Part shown: positions 26,878 to 35,268 of the stretch, piece after piece
Position numbering within the stretch: position 1 is the first letter of the stretch
Layout: every line of letters begins with the position of its first letter
Source of the DNA: a plasmid
Sequence record: NZ_CP016375.1
Strand: one strand, 5' to 3'
Length of the DNA: 35,268 nucleotides
Notes under the pieces: generated by a model
The model's database searches: none
What the model was told of the DNA's origin: nothing
Seen by the model: the letters and a program-made list of their open reading frames with translations, nothing else
Translations under genes and position numbers: made by a program

Positions 26878-27148
26878 CTTTGTTTTTTGTAAGATCAGTT
26901 ATTTCATTAGGAAACTTCTCATTCAACATATTTTTTAAAAAACTTTCATTGCTTAGAATAACTTTATTGATAATAAATGATACCCCATTGATGATGAGAC
27001 AAATTATAAATGCATTCCAGGATAAATCTGCCATAAATCCAAGAACTGAAAAAACAGCTATTCCGAAAAAAATTAGGAAAGGAATTGGGGCAAAGCCCCA
27101 AACCTCTACTTTTTTTCTGATGCTTTTATGTGTTTGTAGCTCTTTCAT
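26864..27148 (-). CDS. traF: TraF-like small membrane protein (VirB3-like)
   Basis: 94 aa with two TM segments, immediately 5' of the VirB4-like gene. Confidence 0.6.
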   Translation of the reverse strand: MKELQTHKSIRKKVEVWGFAPIPFLIFFGIAVFSVLGFMADLSWNAFIICLIINGVSFIINKVILSNESFLKNMLNEKFPNEITDLTKNKDGKL

Positions 27149-27444
27149 TAGGCGAACTTAACTCTTGATTTTACAAACGCATAACCTCCTACTACAGCCA
27201 AAGTAATAGCGATTCCAATTACAAGAATCCATAAAGCTTTAGCAACATCCCTGTGTTCAGAGTAGTCCCGTATTGCAACAACACAGGTTATCAAAAATCC
27301 AATAATAACCGCACCTGTTGCAAATCCTTTCATATCTCCTAAGACTTCATTCATTCCACTACTCAACCCTATTCCCTGAGCCAATAAGAAATTACATGAA
27401 AGTAATAGACACACTACAAGTACATTAAAAATAATTTTTTTCAT
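27148..27444 (-). CDS. traE: TraE-like pilin-like protein (VirB2-like)
   Basis: 98 aa with signal peptide plus two TM segments; first gene of the T4SS operon. Confidence 0.6.
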   Translation of the reverse strand: MKKIIFNVLVVCLLLSCNFLLAQGIGLSSGMNEVLGDMKGFATGAVIIGFLITCVVAIRDYSEHRDVAKALWILVIGIAITLAVVGGYAFVKSRVKFA

Positions 27445-27506
27445 CTTTTAAAAAATTTTTGTTCAACAAATATATAATTTTTTGTTGGATATTTCCAACA
27501 ATTTTT

Positions 27507-29159
27507 TTATTCTTTTAATCCCAATTCAAGTGCAAAATCATTTACTTGCTTTAGAATTTTATTATAGTTCTGCAGAACTATAAATTTTAGAGCATCATCA
27601 TAATCCGGCAGCGGTTCTGTTTTTATATTAGGCAGAAGTTTAAACTGATACATATTGGATTTTCCATTATTTATCATTGCGAATTTCCCGGTAGTTAAAT
27701 TAGTAAATTCATGCGCCCGGTATTTTGGCACTTCCTTTTCGCTAACCGTGGTAGACGTTCCACCACGACCAGAACTCCTGGATCTTGTTTTAATCTTCTT
27801 AGGTTCAAAATAACTTTCGTAATATTTAGCCGTATCAGATTCATTTGCTCGGCCAAAGAATAGCGTAGAAAAATTAGCAATAATTTCTTTAAATTTTGTA
27901 TCACCATATAAAGATTCTCCTTGTTTTTTATCTTGTACACAATAGACAACTGCCATTTTAAAACTAGCCATTGTAGCGACTAGCCTGGATAAATTTTTAA
28001 TTTTCAGTGTTACTCCTTCATCCATCATTAAAAACGAGCTTTTCCTATTTCTCTGCATCATTTCCCTTGTTAAACTGTGGATAACAGTAGCCAAAAGAGG
28101 GTTTAATGCAGCCTCATTTTTAGGCTCATTGACGATGGCTACAACTTTTCTATTTCCGTCGGCATTAATATTAAAATCAAGATCATTCCCGCTTAGCGCC
28201 CAGAATGCATCTGGATAACTAACCTCTCTTAATGCATTAGTTAACGAGGAAATAACGCCAGCGGTTTGCCTCTCTGATGCTAGCCCCATAATAAAGCTAG
28301 AGGCCTGCATTTTTACACGATCATTAGAAGTAAGAAACTTTTTTAGCCCTGCGAATGTATCATAAGCATCTTCTTTCAGACCTTTTCCTTCTTCAACTTT
28401 CAAAGAAAAATCCACGGCTTGGATAAAAGCGCAAACATGAGGTAAATAGCATAAATTGGGATGATCTAAAGAAAATTTAAGAATAATACCACTTAGTAAA
28501 GACGATGCTGATTTTACAAAGAAATCGCTTTGCGAATTAAGATCGAGCAAATTATCTAATAAAATGTGTACAATTGAATTAACATCTTTTTCATCCTTCA
28601 AAATATCAGGGTTGATAACATTTATTCTGGTGGTGATATCTGGCCGATGAATAGCAAAGGTTACATGATTATCCGGGAAAAGAGGCCTTATAACCTCATA
28701 GAGTTCTCCATTTTTATAATCATAATATACTCCTGCAAAATCATTATCTGCGAAAAACTTTGCATAGGGATAAACAAGTGAAGCCGTTTTCCCATGTCTT
28801 GAAGCTGCAAAAATTGCGGTATGTGCAAAAACATTTCTGGCCACAACTTCCCCTTTGGTTGTTTCTAATTCAATATCCTTTCCTATTTCTACAGGCTTTT
28901 CTTTACCAACCTGGCTTAATAGTACACCTAATAAAACAGAAGGAATAATAATGTAAAATAAAAGATAGGGGTAAAATACAAAGCTAAAATACTTATATAG
29001 CAAAGCAGATATAATGGTAACAACACCTAAATATATCGTTGTATATACTGCATTTTTTTTCCTTATTCCTGTAAATACCAACATCATAATGACCAAAAAT
29101 GATATCCCAAATAAGGCTAAGTATTTAATATTAATTTTTAAAAATTCTATTTTTTCCAT
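27507..29159 (-). CDS. Type IV coupling protein (VirD4/TraG/TraD family; called MobC in Bacteroides nomenclature)
   Basis: N-terminal TM helices, Walker A 'AASRHGKTAS', Walker B-like 'FLMMDEG'. Adjacent to the relaxase gene. Confidence 0.75.
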   Translation of the reverse strand: MEKIEFLKINIKYLALFGISFLVIMMLVFTGIRKKNAVYTTIYLGVVTIISALLYKYFSFVFYPYLLFYIIIPSVLLGVLLSQVGKEKPVEIGKDIELETTKGEVVARNVFAHTAIFAASRHGKTASLVYPYAKFFADNDFAGVYYDYKNGELYEVIRPLFPDNHVTFAIHRPDITTRINVINPDILKDEKDVNSIVHILLDNLLDLNSQSDFFVKSASSLLSGIILKFSLDHPNLCYLPHVCAFIQAVDFSLKVEEGKGLKEDAYDTFAGLKKFLTSNDRVKMQASSFIMGLASERQTAGVISSLTNALREVSYPDAFWALSGNDLDFNINADGNRKVVAIVNEPKNEAALNPLLATVIHSLTREMMQRNRKSSFLMMDEGVTLKIKNLSRLVATMASFKMAVVYCVQDKKQGESLYGDTKFKEIIANFSTLFFGRANESDTAKYYESYFEPKKIKTRSRSSGRGGTSTTVSEKEVPKYRAHEFTNLTTGKFAMINNGKSNMYQFKLLPNIKTEPLPDYDDALKFIVLQNYNKILKQVNDFALELGLKE

Positions 29160-29165
29160 GTGTTT

Positions 29166-32100
29166 TTATATTTGCATTCCCTTATCTACAACGAGTTTCT
29201 TAACATAATTTATTGCTTTTATAATCGCATCAATTTTTCCTTTCGGTATACTGGTAGGTATTGGCAGCTCCGATATCTGGCTTTTAATATTATTAAGATT
29301 AACTAAACCTACAACGTCTTTAGCAGAAGTAGGCAATTTAGTAGGTATATTAATATTCACCGCAGAATGATTTGAAAGTTCATTTAAACCGAGGTTTTTT
29401 TGAATTTCAGATTTAACTTTACCCAGTACCATACTTTCTACTTTTCCCTTCATAACATTAACTTCCGTATTCCTATACTTAAAATGCTCCTGTACAGGCC
29501 TCTCATATTGAAATTCTTTATCAAAAACCTGTTCCATTTTTTCAAAAAACTGCGTCCTGTCAAATCCTACCTTAGATCCGTCCATCATTATAGAATCCTT
29601 TTGATTTGCTTTGGGAGACATTGAAATTTTATCTTCCGGATTTAAGCTTGTTTTATCATGCCTGGAAACAACAGTATGAACATGATAATTTAGACCTCCT
29701 TTCTTTGCTCCTTCTCTGATAATCTCTCCTGAATACTTATCTCTTTCCAGTTGATCCGTTAAATTTTTAATCTTATTTTCGTTTTTCCCTGGGTTTTTGT
29801 CGGACTTTAATTTTTCTATTTCTGCCAAAATAGGGCGATTTCTTAATACTGATTTATCCGTATGCTTATAAATTCTCTCTGTTTCTATTTTAGAATAGTA
29901 CATAAGATCCTTTCCGGTTAATTTCCGTTTCGAAACATCAAAGCCATTCTCTTTCCATACTTCATTTTTAATTTCATCCTTTACATTACCATACTGCTTT
30001 GATATACCATATTTTATTGCATTTTTTTCCTTATGTTCAAGCTTATATTTCTCAATAAAAAATTTTCCTTCCTTTTCTGTAAGTTCACTTTCTGAAATTT
30101 TAAACTTTATAGGATCTTCTAGTCCATTTTCTGACTTGTAAAAAACATAGGTATTTTTCTTTTCCGGTTCTCCCTCTTCATTTTTAACATCTTTCGTTTC
30201 TATTTCCTTAGAATCAAATTTAATTTCTACGATCTCTTTTCGCTCCTTATCTCGCTCTAAAGCTTTATCAAGTAAATTACCTATTTCCTTTTCATTTCTG
30301 AAAAGAAGGCCTTTTTCTTCCTTTCCGGTAATCAAATCAGTATTAACCCAAAATCTGACTTCCTCTTCTCTATTATCCGGTTTTACAGCAATCAGTGAAG
30401 AATTATTCTTAGTTTCTACAACACTGGCAGCCAGTAAGTACTTTTCATCTTTGGAATCCTCCTGTAAAACACCTTTATCTACAAGGAAATTTTTAAAACG
30501 CTTCTCGATCTCTTTATCCTTAATAAAGTCTTTAGATTCTAGCATTTCAGTATTTACTTCGTTTTTTATGACCTTAAATTCTTTTGAAAATTCCTTTTTA
30601 GCCTGGTCTAATAAATGTTTTTCATATTTATGCTTGAATATATCGTTTTCAATAGTGTATTTTCCATCTGCAGAGAGGAAAAGATCTTCATGTTTAATAT
30701 TAAATTTCAGAGGCTTTTTAAGGCCAGAATTATTAAAGGTAAATACTATACTATCGGAATTCTTAACATAAGATTCTATATAATTTTCTACTTCATCATA
30801 CTGATCAAAAACCAGTTTTGTTTCATTTTCTTTTGCTTCAAATTCCCTAATTTTATTTTCGTAAAACTCTGATAAAATCGAAATTTCTCCTGTCTCACTA
30901 ATATCTTTGATCGCAAAATTCCCCACCCATATTTGCTTCGGCTCACTTAATCGTTCATCTATAATTTCTAATAGCCTTGCTTTTTCACTCTCTGCCCGAA
31001 TTTTTGCATCAATGACCCTTAAACTCTTCCAATCGCTAATTTTAAAGCTCTCCTGTTTAGGGAGATAGCCTTTTTCAACTAAAAAATTATTGAACTTTAC
31101 AGAAGCTTCAATATTCAATTTTTTAAATTCTTCTTTGGTAGGTACTTTTTCGGGGTTTTTATAAATATCCTCCCCTTTTTCATTTTTAATTTTCTCAATA
31201 TTGAATCCCTTATCCAATAAAGCTTTTTCTAAAAACTCTTTTCTCTCCGCTTCAAATTCTTTACCTAAAAATTGGGACTTAGCTTCGTATAGCCCTTTAT
31301 TATAAATACTTTCCGATATATGACAAGCTCCGTTTTTAATTTCCACATCTTTAATGGGAAAATAAAGCTTCAAATCTTTATCAAATGCATCATAATGAAA
31401 TTTTATACAAATCTTTTCCTCCTTAATATAATCGGTGAAATTATCCTGGCTATTTAATGAAGAAGCCTCAATTACGACAATCTTGCGCTTTTCTTCTTCT
31501 TTATCTAAAATGGCATTATATTTATCTGCATAGTACTGTTCCTCTATTTTTAGTACATCATTTTCAACCTTATGTAAGCTATTAGGTATAAATAAGCTTA
31601 TATTTTTTTTGATATCCTCAGAATAAAAAGTATAAAGCTTCCCATGTGGATAATCTTGTTTCAACCTATAACTGGATATATCAACATACTGTTTTTCAGA
31701 ATCCTCCAATGGCAGTCCTTTTTCTTTCAGGAACATAGTATAACGCTCTTCAATAATTGGTTTTAACTTTCTTCTTTCCTGATTTGAAGGCAAGCCTTCC
31801 TGATTAGCATAAATTTCTCTATCCATCATGACTGCATATTCATCCATAACCTTTCCTGTATAAAGTTTCAACTGCAATTTCATAAGCTGATCCTTTTGTT
31901 CATTATAAAATTGTAAAGCCTCTGGAACATCTCTAACTTTATCCATAAAAAGACCTCTACTTTCAAGTTCTGCAACTGCCAAAGCTTCCAAATGCTTTAA
32001 CTCCTTTTGACTGGGCGCAATGTTAAGCAGGTAGAAATTAGAATCTTTAAAACTTTTTGATCCTCTATTATTATCAATTTTATCGATAGCCTCAAAAACA

Positions 32101-32312
32101 TTTATTTTTGAATTAGGATCACTAAGATCATAGGGGTTAAAATCTTCATTAAAAAAATATTCAATGTCTTTTCCCTCATCAATTTCTTTTCCTTCTAAAA
32201 CCAGATTTTGATTTTCAATTATCCTTCCTTGGTTTTCTTTTTCCAGATAATGGAATAATCCTCCGGAAGAAGATCCTTCTTTTGCATTATGAAATTTAAA
32301 ATCTGCAAACAT
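29166..32312 (-). CDS. Relaxase-like protein (1048 aa): MobA/MobL-type motif I (catalytic Tyr) and motif II at the N-terminus, long K/E-rich middle, RSF1010-MobA-like HxH motif near residue 877
   Basis: N-terminus 'FHNAKEGSSSGGLFHYLEKE' resembles MobA 'HLTAKTGSRSGGQSARAKADYIQREG'. 'LLNIAPSQKELKHLEAL' resembles motif II 'EFALPVELTLDQQKAL'. Residues 869-888 'GAKKGGLNYHVHTVVSRHD' resemble MobA 'HAGGGENPHCHLMISERIND'. Confidence 0.55.
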   Translation of the reverse strand: MFADFKFHNAKEGSSSGGLFHYLEKENQGRIIENQNLVLEGKEIDEGKDIEYFFNEDFNPYDLSDPNSKINVFEAIDKIDNNRGSKSFKDSNFYLLNIAPSQKELKHLEALAVAELESRGLFMDKVRDVPEALQFYNEQKDQLMKLQLKLYTGKVMDEYAVMMDREIYANQEGLPSNQERRKLKPIIEERYTMFLKEKGLPLEDSEKQYVDISSYRLKQDYPHGKLYTFYSEDIKKNISLFIPNSLHKVENDVLKIEEQYYADKYNAILDKEEEKRKIVVIEASSLNSQDNFTDYIKEEKICIKFHYDAFDKDLKLYFPIKDVEIKNGACHISESIYNKGLYEAKSQFLGKEFEAERKEFLEKALLDKGFNIEKIKNEKGEDIYKNPEKVPTKEEFKKLNIEASVKFNNFLVEKGYLPKQESFKISDWKSLRVIDAKIRAESEKARLLEIIDERLSEPKQIWVGNFAIKDISETGEISILSEFYENKIREFEAKENETKLVFDQYDEVENYIESYVKNSDSIVFTFNNSGLKKPLKFNIKHEDLFLSADGKYTIENDIFKHKYEKHLLDQAKKEFSKEFKVIKNEVNTEMLESKDFIKDKEIEKRFKNFLVDKGVLQEDSKDEKYLLAASVVETKNNSSLIAVKPDNREEEVRFWVNTDLITGKEEKGLLFRNEKEIGNLLDKALERDKERKEIVEIKFDSKEIETKDVKNEEGEPEKKNTYVFYKSENGLEDPIKFKISESELTEKEGKFFIEKYKLEHKEKNAIKYGISKQYGNVKDEIKNEVWKENGFDVSKRKLTGKDLMYYSKIETERIYKHTDKSVLRNRPILAEIEKLKSDKNPGKNENKIKNLTDQLERDKYSGEIIREGAKKGGLNYHVHTVVSRHDKTSLNPEDKISMSPKANQKDSIMMDGSKVGFDRTQFFEKMEQVFDKEFQYERPVQEHFKYRNTEVNVMKGKVESMVLGKVKSEIQKNLGLNELSNHSAVNINIPTKLPTSAKDVVGLVNLNNIKSQISELPIPTSIPKGKIDAIIKAINYVKKLVVDKGMQI

Positions 32313-32989
32313 TATATCAGAGAATTAATGTAGTTCCACTCCGAAAGTGAGAGGTTAACCATAATCTTTTTTTGCTTCCCTAACATGGTTTCTACTTCCT
32401 CAATTTCACTATTAAAAATGATCTTCTGCAGGGCTTCTTTATAGGTGAAATTTTGATTTTTTAAATCATTAATTTCATTCAAATTTTCAGGTAATTTTAC
32501 CTCTGAATTTAACTCATTTGATACAGTAGGAGCACTCTCTTCATAAGAAATATTTTGTTTGATTTCTTCAACATCTTTTGTTTTATTTAAGTGACTATTT
32601 AAAGGATTATCAAAATTATCCTTTTTTAAATTGTACTCACTTATTTTATTAATATCATAATCTGCAATTTTATCTAATACACCAAGTTTTATATTCAATG
32701 GTTTCAAATAAGTCTTCTCAATTTCCCCCATCCAGTTTCTAAAACTCTTATTATAATCCAGAAGCTTTTCAGTATGACTTTTCAAATTTGCTTCCATCCG
32801 GATCTCTAAATTTTTAATTGCCTTTTCATGGCTACCGAAATATTCCTGATTCAAATTAAGATCATTCCTGGATATAAAAAGTGCCATCGTTTTAACCGTA
32901 TTATCATGAGTTCCCAGGGTGTATTTTTCCTTTATTTCATTGATGAGGGCTTTTGTATCGAAGCTTACCTGAATTGTCGTTGTTTTCAT
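32312..32989 (-). CDS. Relaxosome accessory protein candidate (MobA/MobC-like; possible RHH N-terminus), translationally coupled to the relaxase
   Basis: ATGA overlap with the relaxase start. N-terminal beta-strand-like 'TTIQVSFDTKAL' and an operon position typical of accessory Mob proteins. Confidence 0.4.
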   Translation of the reverse strand: MKTTTIQVSFDTKALINEIKEKYTLGTHDNTVKTMALFISRNDLNLNQEYFGSHEKAIKNLEIRMEANLKSHTEKLLDYNKSFRNWMGEIEKTYLKPLNIKLGVLDKIADYDINKISEYNLKKDNFDNPLNSHLNKTKDVEEIKQNISYEESAPTVSNELNSEVKLPENLNEINDLKNQNFTYKEALQKIIFNSEIEEVETMLGKQKKIMVNLSLSEWNYINSLI

Positions 32990-33139
32990 AGTATATAGAA
33001 TGTGTATAGTTTCAAATTTAATAAAAATTATTTATTTTCAATACTTTAAATAAATTTAATCATAAAATATATAGAAAAAATATAGAAAATCTATATTAAT
33101 TTTTCATAATTAATTTTTAAAATACTAAAAACCAAACAG

Positions 33140-33210
33140 ATATAAACAGCGGAATTTTTTTCCGCCGTTTCCTCTTGCTTCTCCTATATTTGTCCACTTC
33201 GCTACCAAAT
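33140..33210. promoter_or_regulatory. Candidate oriT: inverted repeat ACAGCGGAA-t7-TCCGCCGTT followed by tcctcttgcttctcctatatttgtcc, about 150 bp upstream of the mob operon
   Basis: An IR-then-nic-region architecture, as in MOBQ/MOBP oriTs, at the position expected upstream of the accessory/relaxase operon. Confidence 0.35.
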
Positions 33211-33369
33211 TTCGGAGGTGCATTCTTTCAGAATGATCTTCCCAGGCGATCCCCAAAATTCAAAACCCGAAATATTTAAAAATAGTCCAAAAAAGATAAT
33301 CTACGACATAAAAATACCCTGTCAATAAAATTTGACAGGGTATCTAGATTTATAATTTGAAGAGACTTT

Positions 33370-33588
33370 TTATTTATTTTTCTTCTCCATAAATCCGTCA
33401 AAATTTTCTCCGAATTTTTTCCTGATTTCTTTATGGCCTTCAAGCTCAAAAAAGAAAAAATAAATTGCTCCAATGGTAATAAGTATATAAAAACAAGTAC
33501 TAAACCATGTTGGAATATTCGCAAATATACTTATAATTAAGTACAAAATAAATATTGAAAATATTGTAATTGTAAGTCCCTTTGTCAT
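33370..33588 (-). CDS. Small two-TM membrane protein (72 aa)
   Basis: Two hydrophobic helices. Coupled (ATGA) to the upstream 69-aa ORF. Confidence 0.4.
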   Translation of the reverse strand: MTKGLTITIFSIFILYLIISIFANIPTWFSTCFYILITIGAIYFFFFELEGHKEIRKKFGENFDGFMEKKNK

Positions 33589-33794
33589 TTTTGATTCTGT
33601 TTGTTTTCTTTAATTTCTTCGTCAAAAAATTTGTTTAAATTCATCCCTTTTTTTCGTAAAAAAATCAGAAGTTTATAAAGCTTATTTTTTTTATAATTTT
33701 TCTCTGTATACCACAAATCCCACCTATTCAAAATTTCTTCCGGAAAGTCTTTTGGCTTAGGAATTATTTTTTCTCTTTCTTCTCTCAGTGACAT
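33585..33794 (-). CDS. Hypothetical basic protein (69 aa)
   Basis: ORF, coupled to the downstream gene. Confidence 0.35.
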   Translation of the reverse strand: MSLREEREKIIPKPKDFPEEILNRWDLWYTEKNYKKNKLYKLLIFLRKKGMNLNKFFDEEIKENKQNQK

Positions 33795-33956
33795 AAAATT
33801 CTTTAATTATCTTAATAAAGTCGTCGATGATTAAACCGAAAAATGATAATATTTTCATTTCTAACAAATTTATGAATTTTAGCTAAACTCAAAAGTATAA
33901 ATAATGTTGGATATATCCAACAAATATTACCACGTTATTTTATTTATTTTATATAT

Positions 33957-34754
33957 TTGTATCGTACGATACAAATTTTAATTATGAAACCAACTCTCGA
34001 ATTCTATAATTTATTCCAATTTATTTATGACTATCTGAATGAAAATTTATTTTCAAATCAACTTCCTAATTGTATGATAGTTATTACCCGAAAAAATAGA
34101 ACTTTTGGTTATTATTCAAAAGAAAGGTGGGTAAACAAGGAAAAATTAATGACTGATGAATTGGCCATTAATCCAATGTTTTTTAGTAAATATCCATTAA
34201 TTGAAATGCTGCAGACGATGGGACACGAAATGTGCCATTTATGGCAAGATCATTTCGGAAGACCTTCACGAAGAAGCTACCACAACAAAGAATGGGGAAA
34301 CAAAATGATCTCTATTGGCCTTATGCCTTCAAACACTGGAAAGCCCGGAGGAAAAAAAACGGGTCAACAAATGATGGATTACCCAATTGAAAACGGAATT
34401 TTTATAAAGACCTGTGCGGAAATGATAAAAAATCCCCTATTTGAAAAACTATGGTACGATAGAACTACTACAATCAAAATATTAAATACAAATAGCGGAA
34501 TTTCTGATCTACAGGAAGAAAAGCCAAATACGGAAGAAGAAATAATTGAATTTCTTTATTCAACTTTTACAGTAGAGCAGCCTCTACTTACATCAAGTTC
34601 TGACAGTTCTAAGAGTAAATATACCTGTCATAATTGTGATCTTAATGTTTGGGGAAAACCCCAATTATCAATTATCTGTGGTGAATGTGGAGCTGATTTT
34701 GAAGAAATCTCCATCAATTCTATAACTTTGGAATCTATTAACAATAATTTTTGA
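33957..34754 (+). CDS. SprT-like zinc metalloprotease with C-terminal zinc ribbon (the start may be at MKPTLEFYN, 33984)
   Basis: 'MTDELAINPMFF...TMGHEMCHLWQ' is an HExxH in SprT-like context. C-terminal 'CHNCD...CGECG' is a four-Cys ribbon. Confidence 0.65.
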   Translation: MYRTIQILIMKPTLEFYNLFQFIYDYLNENLFSNQLPNCMIVITRKNRTFGYYSKERWVNKEKLMTDELAINPMFFSKYPLIEMLQTMGHEMCHLWQDHFGRPSRRSYHNKEWGNKMISIGLMPSNTGKPGGKKTGQQMMDYPIENGIFIKTCAEMIKNPLFEKLWYDRTTTIKILNTNSGISDLQEEKPNTEEEIIEFLYSTFTVEQPLLTSSSDSSKSKYTCHNCDLNVWGKPQLSIICGECGADFEEISINSITLESINNNF

Positions 34755-34792
34755 AACCGCCGTCTTTCTGAAATTTGGAACTAGAACCTCAA

Positions 34793-34905
34793 TTTGTTCG
34801 CATAATCTATTCCTGGTAGATCTGCAGCTTTCATAATTCGTTCGCAATTTTTAATCTGATACTTTCAGATTCGCAGCTCAGCTAATTTTTTTTGTTCGCA
34901 AAAAA
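34793..34905. repeat. Structured intergenic repeat, copy 4 (rearranged variant)
   Basis: aaTTTGTTCGCAtaat...cctggtagatctgcagctttcataattcgttcgcaatttttaatc...TTGTTCGCAAAAAAAA. The 35-bp core is nearly identical to copy 3. Confidence 0.75.
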
Positions 34906-35105
34906 AACTCCGCCCCCTAGTGAAATTTTTTATAATCTCTTTTGGACTAATAATAAATATTAACTATACTCTACCATTTATTATCCAGGAGAAAACATTT
35001 ATATGCAGTCTATAAAACAAATGCTTTTTAAATATCAAATGTTTTATAATACATAGCTTTTTAGCCTTCGGGAGAACCTCTATTTATAGGCATTGGGAAG
35101 AATAA
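34906..35105. other. AT-rich stretch adjacent to the iterons: candidate DNA-unwinding element of the vegetative origin
   Basis: About 200 bp at well over 75% AT, with no ORF, between repeat copy 4 and the iteron array. Confidence 0.4.
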
Positions 35106-35268
35106 TAATGTAGGTCTATCCGTCATAACTATGTAGGTCTATCCGTCAAAAAGACAGCTAACTATGTAGGTCTATCCGTCAATATATTTTTATCTATGTA
35201 GGTGAATCCGCTTCAACTATGTAGGTCTATCCGCTTATTATGTAGGTGCGTCCGTCAACTATGTAGGT
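35106..35268. repeat. Iteron array, 3' half: about 7 copies of the same ~21-bp unit with more irregular 21-32 bp spacing
   Basis: ATGTAGGTCTATCCGTCA / CTATGTAGGTGAATCCGCTTCA and similar. The array runs to the last base and continues in register at base 1. Confidence 0.85.

Noticed and set aside
27695-27949. 84-aa minus-strand ORF inside the coupling-protein gene
   Set aside because: Embedded within the T4CP ORF in another frame.
30451-30872. Plus-strand ORFs (106 and 85 aa) opposite the relaxase gene
   Set aside because: Antisense to a 1048-aa ORF. Low-complexity F/I/L-rich translations typical of antisense A/T-rich coding DNA.
29166-32312. Reading the 1048-aa K/E-rich protein as merely a structural coiled-coil / SMC-like protein
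   Set aside because: The N-terminal 30 residues match the relaxase motif I pattern (H-x3-K-x-G-S-x-S-G-G-x5-Y) too well, and the gene sits in the mob operon next to the T4CP. The coiled-coil middle is retained as part of the anomaly.
33276-33524. 82-aa minus-strand ORF
   Set aside because: It overlaps the more convincing two-TM ORF 33370..33588 in another frame and is probably spurious.
1-35268. Integrated ICE / conjugative transposon rather than plasmid
   Set aside because: No tyrosine or serine recombinase, no tRNA or att-like junction. A Rep_3 initiator with iterons plus ParA is present, and the ends join seamlessly. A plasmid is more parsimonious, though this cannot be proven without flanking reads.

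Overview
The window (35,268 bp, AT-rich) looks like a complete Bacteroidetes/Flavobacteriia-type conjugative plasmid that was linearised inside its own iteron array. The last bases (…actatgtaggt) run straight into the first bases (ctatccgctt…), reproducing the internal 21-bp repeat unit, so roughly 14 iterons are split between the two ends. I saw no integrase or tRNA/att-like junction, so a plasmid fits better than an integrated ICE.

Going round the circle, the sequence contains the following modules.

- **Replication:** iterons plus an AT-rich unwinding stretch, and a Rep_3-family initiator co-transcribed with two small upstream genes.
- **Partition:** a ParA ATPase with a small partner protein.
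- **Leading-region-like block (about 2.3 to 9.6 kb):** uniformly minus-strand. It carries ArdC and an SSB-like gene among many small unknown ORFs, plus two GC-rich structured non-coding islands. This is the kind of place where anti-defence genes are found.
- **Regulator:** an XRE-family HTH gene, divergent from the next module.
- **RiPP operon (9.98 to 13.4 kb, the only plus-strand operon):** a graspetide-type 'GRASP-with-SPASM' cluster. It encodes a double-glycine-leader precursor peptide, a membrane-anchored unknown protein, an MdnC-like ATP-grasp ligase, an unannotated 58-aa ORF, and a SPASM-domain protein lacking the radical-SAM CxxxCxxC motif.
- **Accessory genes:** a lytic transglycosylase, a PemI/PemK (MazE/MazF) toxin-antitoxin pair, an SGNH hydrolase and an outer-membrane beta-barrel protein.
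- **Conjugation:** a Bacteroidetes-type type IV secretion system (TraE, F, G, I, J, K, M, N, O plus a 484-aa lipoprotein), a VirD4-like coupling protein, and a candidate oriT.
- **Relaxase:** a 1048-aa protein with MobA/MobL-like motifs I and II at the N-terminus and an RSF1010-MobA-like HxH motif about 750 residues downstream, separated by a K/E-rich insertion.
- **SprT-like zinc metalloprotease.**

A roughly 110-bp structured intergenic repeat, built from TTCGCA/TGCGAA half-sites, occurs four times. Three copies sit immediately upstream of minus-strand operon starts.
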